A stretch of 64,000 bases of DNA from Candidatus Helarchaeota archaeon. GTDB taxonomy: Archaea; Asgardarchaeota; Lokiarchaeia; Helarchaeales; RDOG01. Positions 10,386 through 19,468 of the stretch are shown piece after piece. Position 1 is the stretch's first letter, and each line of letters opens with the position of its first letter. The translations under genes were made by a program, and so were the position numbers. The notes beneath the pieces are model-generated. The model was not told the origin of the DNA. It did no database searches and worked only from the letters and a program-made list of their open reading frames with translations. The DNA is taken from assembly GCA_019058315.1 (NCBI GenBank), contig JAHPZH010000006.1, positions 160,001 to 224,000 on the forward strand. Direction: 5' to 3'.

Positions 10386-11000
10386 ATGTATAATAAACAT
10401 CATTCTGAAAAAGTTAAAGATCTTAGCAAAAAGAAATATGAAGAATATGCTGTAGTACTTGACTTCTTAGCTAGAGGAAAACAAAAACCTCGTGATAAAG
10501 TACCTCTATATGCAAAAGAACCTATAGTACAAGCAGTTGGTGAAGGATTCTTTACACTTTTGGAACTCGTCCCCTATAAATTTACTTCATTTACAATTCG
10601 TGAAAGGATATTCATTGGAAAAGGAGATAAAAGAAAAAAGATTGACCATGTAAAAAAAAGGATTTCTCACGATTCCCTAACAGCATCAGCTAAATTTGAA
10701 TTACTTCCTGTGATAGAGAAAATTATTAACAGAGAAGAAAAAAGGTTTTTGAATTTTTTCAATACAGCAAAGCCGATCACAACAAGAATGCACCAATTAG
10801 AACTCTTACCAGGAGTGGGAAAAAAATTAATGTGGGATATTATTAATGAACTAAAAAAAGGCCCCTTTTCTGATTTTGAGAACCTCAAGCAACGAGTAAA
10901 AATATTAGACCCCAAAAAGTTGATTGCAAAAAGGATCTTAACCGAAATTCAAAATGAAACCGAAAAACATCGCATTTTTACCCGACCCCCGCCAAGTTAA
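10386..11000 (+). CDS. DUF655 putative RNA-binding protein
   Basis: AVVLDFL, QAVGEGFFTLLEL, RMHQLELLPGVGKK (HhH); synteny. Confidence 0.92.
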   Translation: MYNKHHSEKVKDLSKKKYEEYAVVLDFLARGKQKPRDKVPLYAKEPIVQAVGEGFFTLLELVPYKFTSFTIRERIFIGKGDKRKKIDHVKKRISHDSLTASAKFELLPVIEKIINREEKRFLNFFNTAKPITTRMHQLELLPGVGKKLMWDIINELKKGPFSDFENLKQRVKILDPKKLIAKRILTEIQNETEKHRIFTRPPPS

Positions 11001-11123
11001 TCAAATCGAACGACTTCATAAAACTAATTATCCTACTTCCTCAAATTCTAAAATAGTTTTTATTAATTTTTTTTATTAAATTCATAGTGAAACCAATAGT
11101 TTTTTAAAAACTGAGGTTATCTC

Positions 11124-12209
11124 TTGGATAACATTTGCAAACAAAAAATTCGCTTATTATGTGAAGGAGTCAGTGTCGAAAAAGATATAGATAAAGGGAG
11201 AAAAAGTGGTGCAGGACCTGCTGGTGGATCATTTTTCCAACTTAGAGATAGCACTATAAATTTGCCATTATGGCCAAAATTTGCGCAAGCTTCAAAATTA
11301 AAATTAGTTAAAGATAATAATAATTGGAAAATCATTGAGAATGATGAATTATATTGTAATTTAATTAAAATTCCTCCCCCAAAATTCTATTCTCTGAAAA
11401 CTAAAGATGGAATTTTAATGAAAAAAATAGCACTCCTTCATGGAAAGGATTGTTTAGCAACAACAATTTATCAAAAATGTGTCTATTGGAAGCAAAATTT
11501 ACAATGCAAATTTTGTGGAATAGAACTTAGTTTTAGAGAAAGCGATACAATATTAAAAAAATCTCCAAACCAAATTTTAGAAGTTCTACTTAAGGGATTA
11601 GAAGAAAAAAGGGTAAAACATGTGACTCTGACAACAGGAACACTTCAAAAACGTGAAAAAGAAATTCAATTATATTCAGAAATTTTGGAAAAATTAAAAT
11701 CTAACGTAGAAATACCCATACATATTCAATTGGAACCAACTAAACGAAAAAATCTTGAAAAATTAGCGTCAAAAGGTTTAGATACTATAGGGATTCATAT
11801 AGAAAATTTTGATGAAAATATACGCCGTAGAGTATGTCCTGGTAAATATAAATCAGCAAATATTGAGATGTACAAAAAATCTTGGAATGAAGCGGTTGAA
11901 ATTTTTGGAGAAGCTCAAGTATCATCTTATGTAATTATCGGATTAGGGGAAGATGATGAATCAATAATTAAAGGGTCAGAATGGTTAATTAGAAGAGGAA
12001 TTATTCCTTTTATAGTTCCTATAAAGCCAATAATCGGAACGATTTTTGAAAATTATACTCCTCCTTTTACTGATAGAACTTTGAATATTTGCCATAAAGT
12101 TGCAGACTTGTTTAGAGAATATGGATTAAGCCCATTTAAGAATAAAGCTGGTTGTGTTCGTTGTGGTGGCTGTTCACCAATAAATGAAGCAATTAAGTAT
12201 TTAAAGTGA
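11124..12209 (+). CDS. Radical SAM protein, MSMEG_0568-like (biotin synthase-related) family
   Basis: GAGP, ALLHGKDCLATT, expanded CX8CX2C (CVYWKQNLQCKFC), C-terminal KAGCVRCGGCS. Confidence 0.8.
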   Translation: MDNICKQKIRLLCEGVSVEKDIDKGRKSGAGPAGGSFFQLRDSTINLPLWPKFAQASKLKLVKDNNNWKIIENDELYCNLIKIPPPKFYSLKTKDGILMKKIALLHGKDCLATTIYQKCVYWKQNLQCKFCGIELSFRESDTILKKSPNQILEVLLKGLEEKRVKHVTLTTGTLQKREKEIQLYSEILEKLKSNVEIPIHIQLEPTKRKNLEKLASKGLDTIGIHIENFDENIRRRVCPGKYKSANIEMYKKSWNEAVEIFGEAQVSSYVIIGLGEDDESIIKGSEWLIRRGIIPFIVPIKPIIGTIFENYTPPFTDRTLNICHKVADLFREYGLSPFKNKAGCVRCGGCSPINEAIKYLK

Positions 12210-12215
12210 AAAAAT

Positions 12216-13040
12216 TTAGCTTTGCAAAATCAAGACTAAAAAATATATCATTAATAGATTACCTATAATAATTCCAACATCTTTTATACCCGGAGAAGGA
12301 ACCTTTGGACGTCTAAAAACATATATAGGTCCTGCAGGGGCAAAAGATAAAGGAACTAAATAAATATCAGCTAATAATAGAATTGTAATACTGATAAGAA
12401 TTATAGTCAATATTGAGGCTATTTGAACAACTATTTGAATGGTTCTAAGTGAATATTTTTGAATCGCTTCTTGATCTATAGCTTCATGAGTAACTTGTGA
12501 AGAAAAAGTGAAAACAAAAAAAGCAGCTAAAAGAGCTATTTCTCCCCAAAAAAATCTTTTACCCAAAATAAACAATCTAAAAATTCTATCTATACGCAGA
12601 AATTGTAATGGAGCATAATTAGATGCGATTTTTATAATTAAATATGGAAAAATTACGTGAGATGTAACTAAAACAATCTTATTTGTAATAGGATACGGCT
12701 TTAATTTTATACAATATAAAACCACTAAAATTATAGAACTTAATGCTAAACATAAAATTACTAGATTTAATAATAGTGCTCTTGATAATAACACAATTCC
12801 TAAACCAAAAGAAACTAACCCTATCGTAGCAAGTTCTTTATCTCGAAAAGGGATATCTCTATCTTTGTCCTTAATATCATTCAATAAATTACCAGTAATA
12901 CCTAGAAATCCCCATCCGAAAATGATATCTAAATAATCAAAGATATTTAAAGAATTTATATAAATTGCTAATAAACACGGTAAAATAACAGAAAATAGGT
13001 AATCCAATCTTAAAAGTTCAATTCTATTCAATAAATTCAC
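12216..13040 (-). CDS. Divergent UbiA-family prenyltransferase-like membrane protein
   Basis: Multi-TM protein with GNLLNDIKDKDRD Asp-rich motif and Y..KLK.P motif. Confidence 0.6.
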   Translation of the reverse strand: MNLLNRIELLRLDYLFSVILPCLLAIYINSLNIFDYLDIIFGWGFLGITGNLLNDIKDKDRDIPFRDKELATIGLVSFGLGIVLLSRALLLNLVILCLALSSIILVVLYCIKLKPYPITNKIVLVTSHVIFPYLIIKIASNYAPLQFLRIDRIFRLFILGKRFFWGEIALLAAFFVFTFSSQVTHEAIDQEAIQKYSLRTIQIVVQIASILTIILISITILLLADIYLVPLSFAPAGPIYVFRRPKVPSPGIKDVGIIIGNLLMIYFLVLILQS

Positions 13041-13150
13041 ATTTAAGTTTTACATTTGAATAAATTTTTTTATGTAATAAGATTTACAGATAAGAATTTT
13101 ATAACTAAATTTTGTTTTTAATCATTAGATAATTTTTTTGAGGAAGATGT

Positions 13151-14491
13151 TTGAAAAAGAGACCTCCTTTAAGTTCCTTTTTTTCACCTAAGAGTGTTGC
13201 AATTATAGGTGCTTCAGCTAAAGAAGGTAAATTTGGATATCAAATTATTAAAAATTTAAAGAATATAAAGTATAATGGAAAAATTTTTCCAGTAAATAAT
13301 AATAATAAAGGAAATATACTTAATCTGATTACATATAAGTCTCTTGAAGAATTACCAGAAGTTCCAGAATTAGTTGTAATCATCTTACCACCAAAAGAAG
13401 CTTTGAAAGCTGTTTATAAAAGTCTAGATTATGGAATAAAAAATATAATGTTAGAAAGCTCTTTTATTTCAGAAGAAATTGAAGATGAACTTCGTAATGC
13501 TAGTTGTCAAATGGGATTTAGAATTATGGGTAGCAATTCCATTGGTTTAATTAATTTTAATGATAGATTTTCGACATCAATAATCCCTGTACGCTGTAAA
13601 ATCGGTAAAGATGCACAAGTAGGTTATATTGCTCAAAGTGGAGGGCTGGCAGGTGGTTGTGGATGGTGGAAACCCCACACTGGCTGTGGTTTCAGTAAAG
13701 TTATTCATCTTGGTAGAAGTTGCGATATTAATGAAGCAGAAGTAATTGAATATCTAACTGAGGATGATAATACTAAAGTAATTACACTATTTCTAAAAAA
13801 GATCTCCGACAGAATAATAAATAAAGTAAATATTTGTGCAAAAATCAAACCGATTATTTTTTTGAAAATAGATAATTCCCCGCCATTTACTAAGTTAGAA
13901 AAAGCAGGAGCAATTCCTGTAACTATATATCAAGACTTATTTGAGATATCAAAAGCGTTTATCCAAGCACCTCTTCTAAAAGGAGAAAATATTGGTGTAA
14001 TTGGACCAAGTTCAGGAGCATTATCTTTAATTACAAGCAAACTAAAAGAGTTTAATTTAAAAGTTGCAAAAAATTTAAGCCCAGAAACAGAAAAAATATT
14101 GCGAGACAATGTTCTTCATAAAGAAAGTAAAATTTTAAACCCTGTTGACTATTGGCCTCCTACTAGATTTGATGGCGAAGAGGTTGGAAATAAGTATAAA
14201 GCAGCTACTGAAGCGTTACTTTCAGATAAGAATGTAGATGCGGTAATTATTATTTTAGAACTATTTAGAGAGATTGAATTTGATGTAGTGAAAGCTTTTT
14301 CGGGTTTAAAACAGAAATATCCTACAAAACCCATAATTGCAGCATGTGTTCAAGTAGAAACTGACGTACTACAAAGAGTTTTAGATGGTTTATCTGAACT
14401 TAATATGCTAATTTATGATTTTAATATTGAAAAGAGTGTCCAAGCGTTGAGTTCGTTACGTAAATTTGAATTAATCAAAGAAAAACAATAA
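13151..14491 (+). CDS. NDP-forming acyl-CoA synthetase alpha-like CoA-binding protein lacking the phospho-His loop
   Basis: PKSVAIIGAS, GSNSIG, AQSGG, NPVD; the SHTG motif is absent. Confidence 0.8.
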   Translation: MKKRPPLSSFFSPKSVAIIGASAKEGKFGYQIIKNLKNIKYNGKIFPVNNNNKGNILNLITYKSLEELPEVPELVVIILPPKEALKAVYKSLDYGIKNIMLESSFISEEIEDELRNASCQMGFRIMGSNSIGLINFNDRFSTSIIPVRCKIGKDAQVGYIAQSGGLAGGCGWWKPHTGCGFSKVIHLGRSCDINEAEVIEYLTEDDNTKVITLFLKKISDRIINKVNICAKIKPIIFLKIDNSPPFTKLEKAGAIPVTIYQDLFEISKAFIQAPLLKGENIGVIGPSSGALSLITSKLKEFNLKVAKNLSPETEKILRDNVLHKESKILNPVDYWPPTRFDGEEVGNKYKAATEALLSDKNVDAVIIILELFREIEFDVVKAFSGLKQKYPTKPIIAACVQVETDVLQRVLDGLSELNMLIYDFNIEKSVQALSSLRKFELIKEKQ

Positions 14492-14506
14492 TAACCGCGT
14501 AATTTT

Positions 14507-15121
14507 ATGTTTTTTTTTAAATGCTTTAAATGTGGAAAATGTTGTCATAATGTGAAATCAGAGGGGTACGAAAGATACATACCAGTCTATCTAGATGAAA
14601 TTTCGAAATTGGAAAATCTAGCTTTGAAAAATAAAGTAAAAAATAATTTGGAACCTGATTTGTTATATCCTGATATCTTGAATAAAAGATTGATTGTTGT
14701 GACTTATGTCCTAAAATTTAAAGACGTTTGTGCATTCTATAATGAAAAATTAGGTTGTACTATATATAATGATCGCCCTATTACTTGTAAATCTTATCCA
14801 GTTTCAATATGGAAGGAACATATTAATTATATGATGAAAGTAAATACCGATTGTAAATTTGTCGAAAAGAATATCGGTCTTATCTCCCCAAAAAATTATA
14901 GCGAATTAGAAACTTTCTTTCCAAAAGAATATAAACAAGCTAAAAAATTGATGATAAAAGGTAAAGAAATACTATACAGAATAATTGAGCTTGAACAACA
15001 AAAAAAAATTGATGTAGGATATTTAAGTGGAAAACTTGATTTCTTCTATGATGTAGAAAAAGCAGAGGTAGAATATAAAAATTGGGAGAAAATAAACTTA
15101 TATGATATAGAATTGGATTAG
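14507..15121 (+). CDS. YkgJ-family cysteine-cluster protein (CxxCxxCC)
   Basis: FKCFKCGKCC, CAFY, CTIYNDRPITCKSYP. Confidence 0.88.
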   Translation: MFFFKCFKCGKCCHNVKSEGYERYIPVYLDEISKLENLALKNKVKNNLEPDLLYPDILNKRLIVVTYVLKFKDVCAFYNEKLGCTIYNDRPITCKSYPVSIWKEHINYMMKVNTDCKFVEKNIGLISPKNYSELETFFPKEYKQAKKLMIKGKEILYRIIELEQQKKIDVGYLSGKLDFFYDVEKAEVEYKNWEKINLYDIELD

Positions 15122-15134
15122 TACTTGAACTATT

Positions 15135-16163
15135 TTAGACTTTAACGATTACTTTTAATATATCTTTGGACTTTGCACTTTTAAATGCATCAACAATTTT
15201 ATCTAAAGTAAAAATTTTAGAAATTAAAGGTTCTAAACTAATATTACCACTATTAATTAATTCAATTGCTTTATGAAATGGACCACACCGGCTAGTAAAT
15301 ATATTAATTTCTCTTACAACTAAATCAGTTACATTTATTGGAGAGAGTGTACCATGAGTACTTTTAATATGGATTTTTCCTCTACTCCTGGTTGATTTAA
15401 TAATTTCTATCAGAGCTTTTGCTGAGCCCGTTGCATCAATTGCTATATCTGTTCCAATTTCATTGGTTAATTTGGCGATTTCGTCTGAAATGTTTTCAAC
15501 TTCATTATAATTTATTATATTTTTTGCCCCTAATTTTTCAGCGATCTTAATTCGGTTTTTATGTTTTCCAACAAGAATTATGTTAATATTTTTTAGTTTC
15601 ATCGATTTTAAAACTTGAAAAATTAATAATCCTAATTTTCCCAGACCAAATATGGTAATATTCTTATCTTCGCTCTTTATGGGCATTATTTCAAAAGTCT
15701 GGATAGCTGCAGCTAAAGGTTCAATAAATGTAGCTTGTTCAAAAGATAAATCATCAGGTATATGATGGATTAATGAATAGTTAATGGCAATTTTTTCAGC
15801 TAGAGCTCCATTAATATCAATTCCCAAAGCTTTTCTATAAATACAATGAGTGGGCATTTTATTTAGACAAAAATAACATTTACCACAAATATTTGTATTG
15901 ATTTCACTAGTAACTCTAGTTTTTAAAAGATCATTTTGAAGATTTTTATCCAAATTTTTGTCTATATCAATTATAGTTCCAGAAAATTCATGACCTGGAA
16001 TAATAGGAACTGGAACTGGTAAATTTCCATCAACAATAGCTATATCAGTTCCACAAATTCCAACTGAATCGACTTTTATCAGAACTTGATTATCCTTTAA
16101 TATAGGATTGTTTATATCTTCTTTATACTGAATCTTATTTCCATCAAAAACTGCCGCTTTCAT
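15135..16163 (-). CDS. Zn-dependent medium-chain dehydrogenase
   Basis: GICGTD, PGHEFSG, CGKCYFC...C, EPLAAA, GLGKLG, SRCGPF. Confidence 0.92.
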   Translation of the reverse strand: MKAAVFDGNKIQYKEDINNPILKDNQVLIKVDSVGICGTDIAIVDGNLPVPVPIIPGHEFSGTIIDIDKNLDKNLQNDLLKTRVTSEINTNICGKCYFCLNKMPTHCIYRKALGIDINGALAEKIAINYSLIHHIPDDLSFEQATFIEPLAAAIQTFEIMPIKSEDKNITIFGLGKLGLLIFQVLKSMKLKNINIILVGKHKNRIKIAEKLGAKNIINYNEVENISDEIAKLTNEIGTDIAIDATGSAKALIEIIKSTRSRGKIHIKSTHGTLSPINVTDLVVREINIFTSRCGPFHKAIELINSGNISLEPLISKIFTLDKIVDAFKSAKSKDILKVIVKV

Positions 16164-16266
16164 TAAAAATTACCTTAATTTCTTTTATTTTAAGTAAAGA
16201 ATCGTTTATTAATTTATAATTTAATTAAATAATAATATCTTTATTAAAGTGATTTAGGCGAAAGAA

Positions 16267-16740
16267 ATGAAAATAAGACTAGCTAAATCCACAGATTTGC
16301 CAAATATCGTTTCATTATGGTGGGAAATGCAAAAATTTCATTTTAAATATGATGAGTTTTTTTATCACACTAAGCCAGAACAAAATGCAAAGGAGATGTC
16401 AACAGAATATTTTAAATATAGCATTAAAGAGAAAAATCACATTCTGATTGTTATTGAAAAAGATAAAAAACTTATTGGGATGCTTCATTGTGAGATCTCA
16501 ACTCGTCCTCCTGTTTTAAAAGAAGAAAAAGAAGCTCAAATAGTAGAAACTGTAGTTACAGCACAATATAGAGGGCAAAGACTATTTCAACAAATGTTTG
16601 ACTATTTGAAAAAAGAACTAAAGTTGCGAAATATTCGATTTTGTATTTTATCTGTTGATAAGGACAATACGAGGGCAATTAAAGCTTATTTAAATTCTAA
16701 TTTTAAAGAACGTCAAAAAAAGATGATATATAAATTATAA
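16267..16740 (+). CDS. GNAT-family acetyltransferase
   Basis: VTAQYRGQRL acetyl-CoA motif, N..AIKAY...F. Confidence 0.85.
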   Translation: MKIRLAKSTDLPNIVSLWWEMQKFHFKYDEFFYHTKPEQNAKEMSTEYFKYSIKEKNHILIVIEKDKKLIGMLHCEISTRPPVLKEEKEAQIVETVVTAQYRGQRLFQQMFDYLKKELKLRNIRFCILSVDKDNTRAIKAYLNSNFKERQKKMIYKL

Positions 16741-16993
16741 GAGTTTTTTATTATCTGTAATTTAAATTAAGAAAAAATAGCTAGACAATTATTAGTAATC
16801 TTGATTGGGTCAATTAGTTATTTTATTCGATCTTAAGCAAACATTAGAGTATTTAATTGATTAAAATTAAAAAATCTCTTTTTATATAACAGATTCCCAA
16901 ATTTAGGGTGGTTTAAATATGATCCTATTTGAAAAAATTGCACTATCCATTCTATTTTTCTATTGAAAAGTTTAGGAAAACGGAAGTGATTTT

Positions 16994-19309
16994 ATCAGTA
17001 AAAATAAAAAATTAGGAATTGCTTTAATTGGGATCTTAATATTAGCCGGTAGTATTGGTGGCTGGTACTATTATTCATCAACAAAACAAGAAGACTTTTC
17101 ATATCTTGCAATCCTTCCTCTGCTACTTCCACCAATGCCAACTCCAATAGTTTTCATAGATAATTCAGCAATCTACAATCATGAGCATGGAATTGCCATA
17201 TTTGCTGGAAGTTACACTATTAAAGATCAAACGGCACCATTTACACCTAATTTACCACCTTATGAAATTCCATTAGTTGGTAAAATAGAAGTAACAAATA
17301 CTACAGTAGATAATTCATCCACCTATTCAACGAGTTCTTTCAAATATATTAACTTATTTATGGACGCAAAGCTCTCTTTAATAAATGTAAATGCCCCAAA
17401 CTTAGAAATTAATTTATTTGGTGATGCTCATCTAACCGTTCAAAATAGTACTATTGGGACAATTATTGCTAGACAGTCCTCAACTGTAACCGTTAGAAAT
17501 TCAACTGTCAATAAAATATATGATGCACTATCTAGTTTATTAAATATTTATTTAGCACTAAATGTGGACCCATTAGGACTTGATAGTGTCATAAATATCG
17601 AAGAAAATTCAACTATTTCTCTTATTCAGATAGCTGAAGGAGGAGATCTTGATATTTCTGATAGTATTATCTATAATTTGACAGCCTCAAGTGTTGATGT
17701 AGATCATAAGGCACAAGTAACTGTTGATAATATAAATGTAGTAAATGAATTTATACTAGGCCAAAATACTGAAGGCAACATAGTAAATTTAACTAATACG
17801 GGATTGACTTTATTACAAGGGGACGCGTATGCACATTTTATTGATATGAATACTGTGATGTTAGGTGTAATACAAGGAGCAACGTGCTTAATAAATAATT
17901 CAAACATTGGAATGTTACAAGATGGTATAGTAGGATTATCTGGAGTAACAATAGTTAAAAATTACCAAATAACAGGCTCTTATGGTATCAATTACATTAA
18001 TAACACAATCATTGATGGATTTACAAGTGTCGGAGTTAGACAATTTTCATCAATTGCGGCTATAACACCAGCAGGTCCTGGTTCTACAGTAGTAATAGTT
18101 GAAGATTGCGCTAATTCTTTTACTAGTATATTAGCTGCTGAATATGCCAACATAACAATGAAGAATGTTTCAACTAGTTATTTGATAGGTTTGGGTAACT
18201 CCATTATACAAGCAGAAAATATGACAATATCAGCTTTACAGTCAACTGATAGTGCTCAAGTGAATATTATTAATTCTGCGATAACAGGAATGTATATTCC
18301 ATTAGATCTCGGAGGCGGAGTAATCTTAAGTATGCCTATATGCGCAGTTACTGAAAAGAATTCTAAATTAGAATTAACAAATGTGACAGCAAATGCTTTA
18401 AGCGCTTATGATAGTTCTGAATTATTATTGGACAATGTTTCTATTTCAATATTGGAAATTGCTACATTGGGAAAAGTTAGGATAACTAGTTCTTATTTAA
18501 CTGGTGGTGGTCAAACAGTGCTCGGTGCTATAAAAATTCACGATATTCCTAGTGTAGGTAACGAAGCAGGTGATGTTATAATTGAATATGCAATAATTGG
18601 CTTAGCATCTATTTTTGGATCAGCAAATGTTACTCTCCAAAATTGCTATTTTGGTGCTACTGGAGCATTATTATATGGTGTTGTTGTTAGTGGTGCAAAT
18701 ACTGTTAATATAAATACAGGTGTAATAAGTGGCACTTGTTCGAACTATACTAAAATTGACGCTGCTACAAAAGCCACAATCTTTGCTGCATTTTTGAATA
18801 ACATCGAGATAAATGATACTGCTACAGTTAATATTAATAATTATGTATCGATTCCTGGTCTCGCTCAACTAAATTATTCAATTAATGCTTATCATAATGC
18901 TAAATTGAATGTAGAAAATGGAACATTGGGTCTAGTTAGATTATTCAATGACACAACAACTAAAATTAATTCTACTGAAGTAGTTATGCCAAGTAATACA
19001 GGTATTGCAGCGATACTGGCTGCAAATAAAGCTTATTTTGAAGCAAATAATTCCGATATAAAAGCAATTCTGTGTTATAGAGAAGAAAAATCAACACAAT
19101 ATGCTGCAAAGGTAACAAACTCTGATGTCTATATGGCGTATTTGCTAGGTTACACAAGATTAAGACTTGAAACTGTTACAGTCTATCTTTATGCTATTGT
19201 TATGGCAGGGGTAGATAATCGCGTATATGCTTTAGAAGTAATTAATAGTACATTTTTCCCTGCATTTGGAGCTACTCTTAGCGCAATTAGTTGGGCCCCA
19301 ACAGCCTAA
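16994..19309 (+). CDS. Membrane-anchored surface protein with probable beta-helix repeats (N-terminus extended beyond ORF-track start 17135)
   Basis: Frame is open back to TAG at 16973-16975 and encodes SKNKKLGIALIGILILAGSIGGWYYY; the body is rich in I/V/N/S with short repeats and many NxS/T sequons. Confidence 0.65.
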   Translation: MSKNKKLGIALIGILILAGSIGGWYYYSSTKQEDFSYLAILPLLLPPMPTPIVFIDNSAIYNHEHGIAIFAGSYTIKDQTAPFTPNLPPYEIPLVGKIEVTNTTVDNSSTYSTSSFKYINLFMDAKLSLINVNAPNLEINLFGDAHLTVQNSTIGTIIARQSSTVTVRNSTVNKIYDALSSLLNIYLALNVDPLGLDSVINIEENSTISLIQIAEGGDLDISDSIIYNLTASSVDVDHKAQVTVDNINVVNEFILGQNTEGNIVNLTNTGLTLLQGDAYAHFIDMNTVMLGVIQGATCLINNSNIGMLQDGIVGLSGVTIVKNYQITGSYGINYINNTIIDGFTSVGVRQFSSIAAITPAGPGSTVVIVEDCANSFTSILAAEYANITMKNVSTSYLIGLGNSIIQAENMTISALQSTDSAQVNIINSAITGMYIPLDLGGGVILSMPICAVTEKNSKLELTNVTANALSAYDSSELLLDNVSISILEIATLGKVRITSSYLTGGGQTVLGAIKIHDIPSVGNEAGDVIIEYAIIGLASIFGSANVTLQNCYFGATGALLYGVVVSGANTVNINTGVISGTCSNYTKIDAATKATIFAAFLNNIEINDTATVNINNYVSIPGLAQLNYSINAYHNAKLNVENGTLGLVRLFNDTTTKINSTEVVMPSNTGIAAILAANKAYFEANNSDIKAILCYREEKSTQYAAKVTNSDVYMAYLLGYTRLRLETVTVYLYAIVMAGVDNRVYALEVINSTFFPAFGATLSAISWAPTA

Positions 19310-19327
19310 ATCCTTTCTTTTTTTTTT
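19310..19327 (+). terminator. Archaeal oligo-T terminator
   Basis: tcctttcttttttttt immediately after the stop codon. Confidence 0.45.
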
Positions 19328-19468
19328 AAAATAATATTTTGAATTTTTTTCTATTTTTTTAAATAATTTTAAGCTATTTTTTTTAACTAATATAGTTGTG
19401 CTGGACATTCACTTAAATGTTTAATATTTTACTTTCTATTTTATTTTAAATTTAAAAATTGGATTAAT

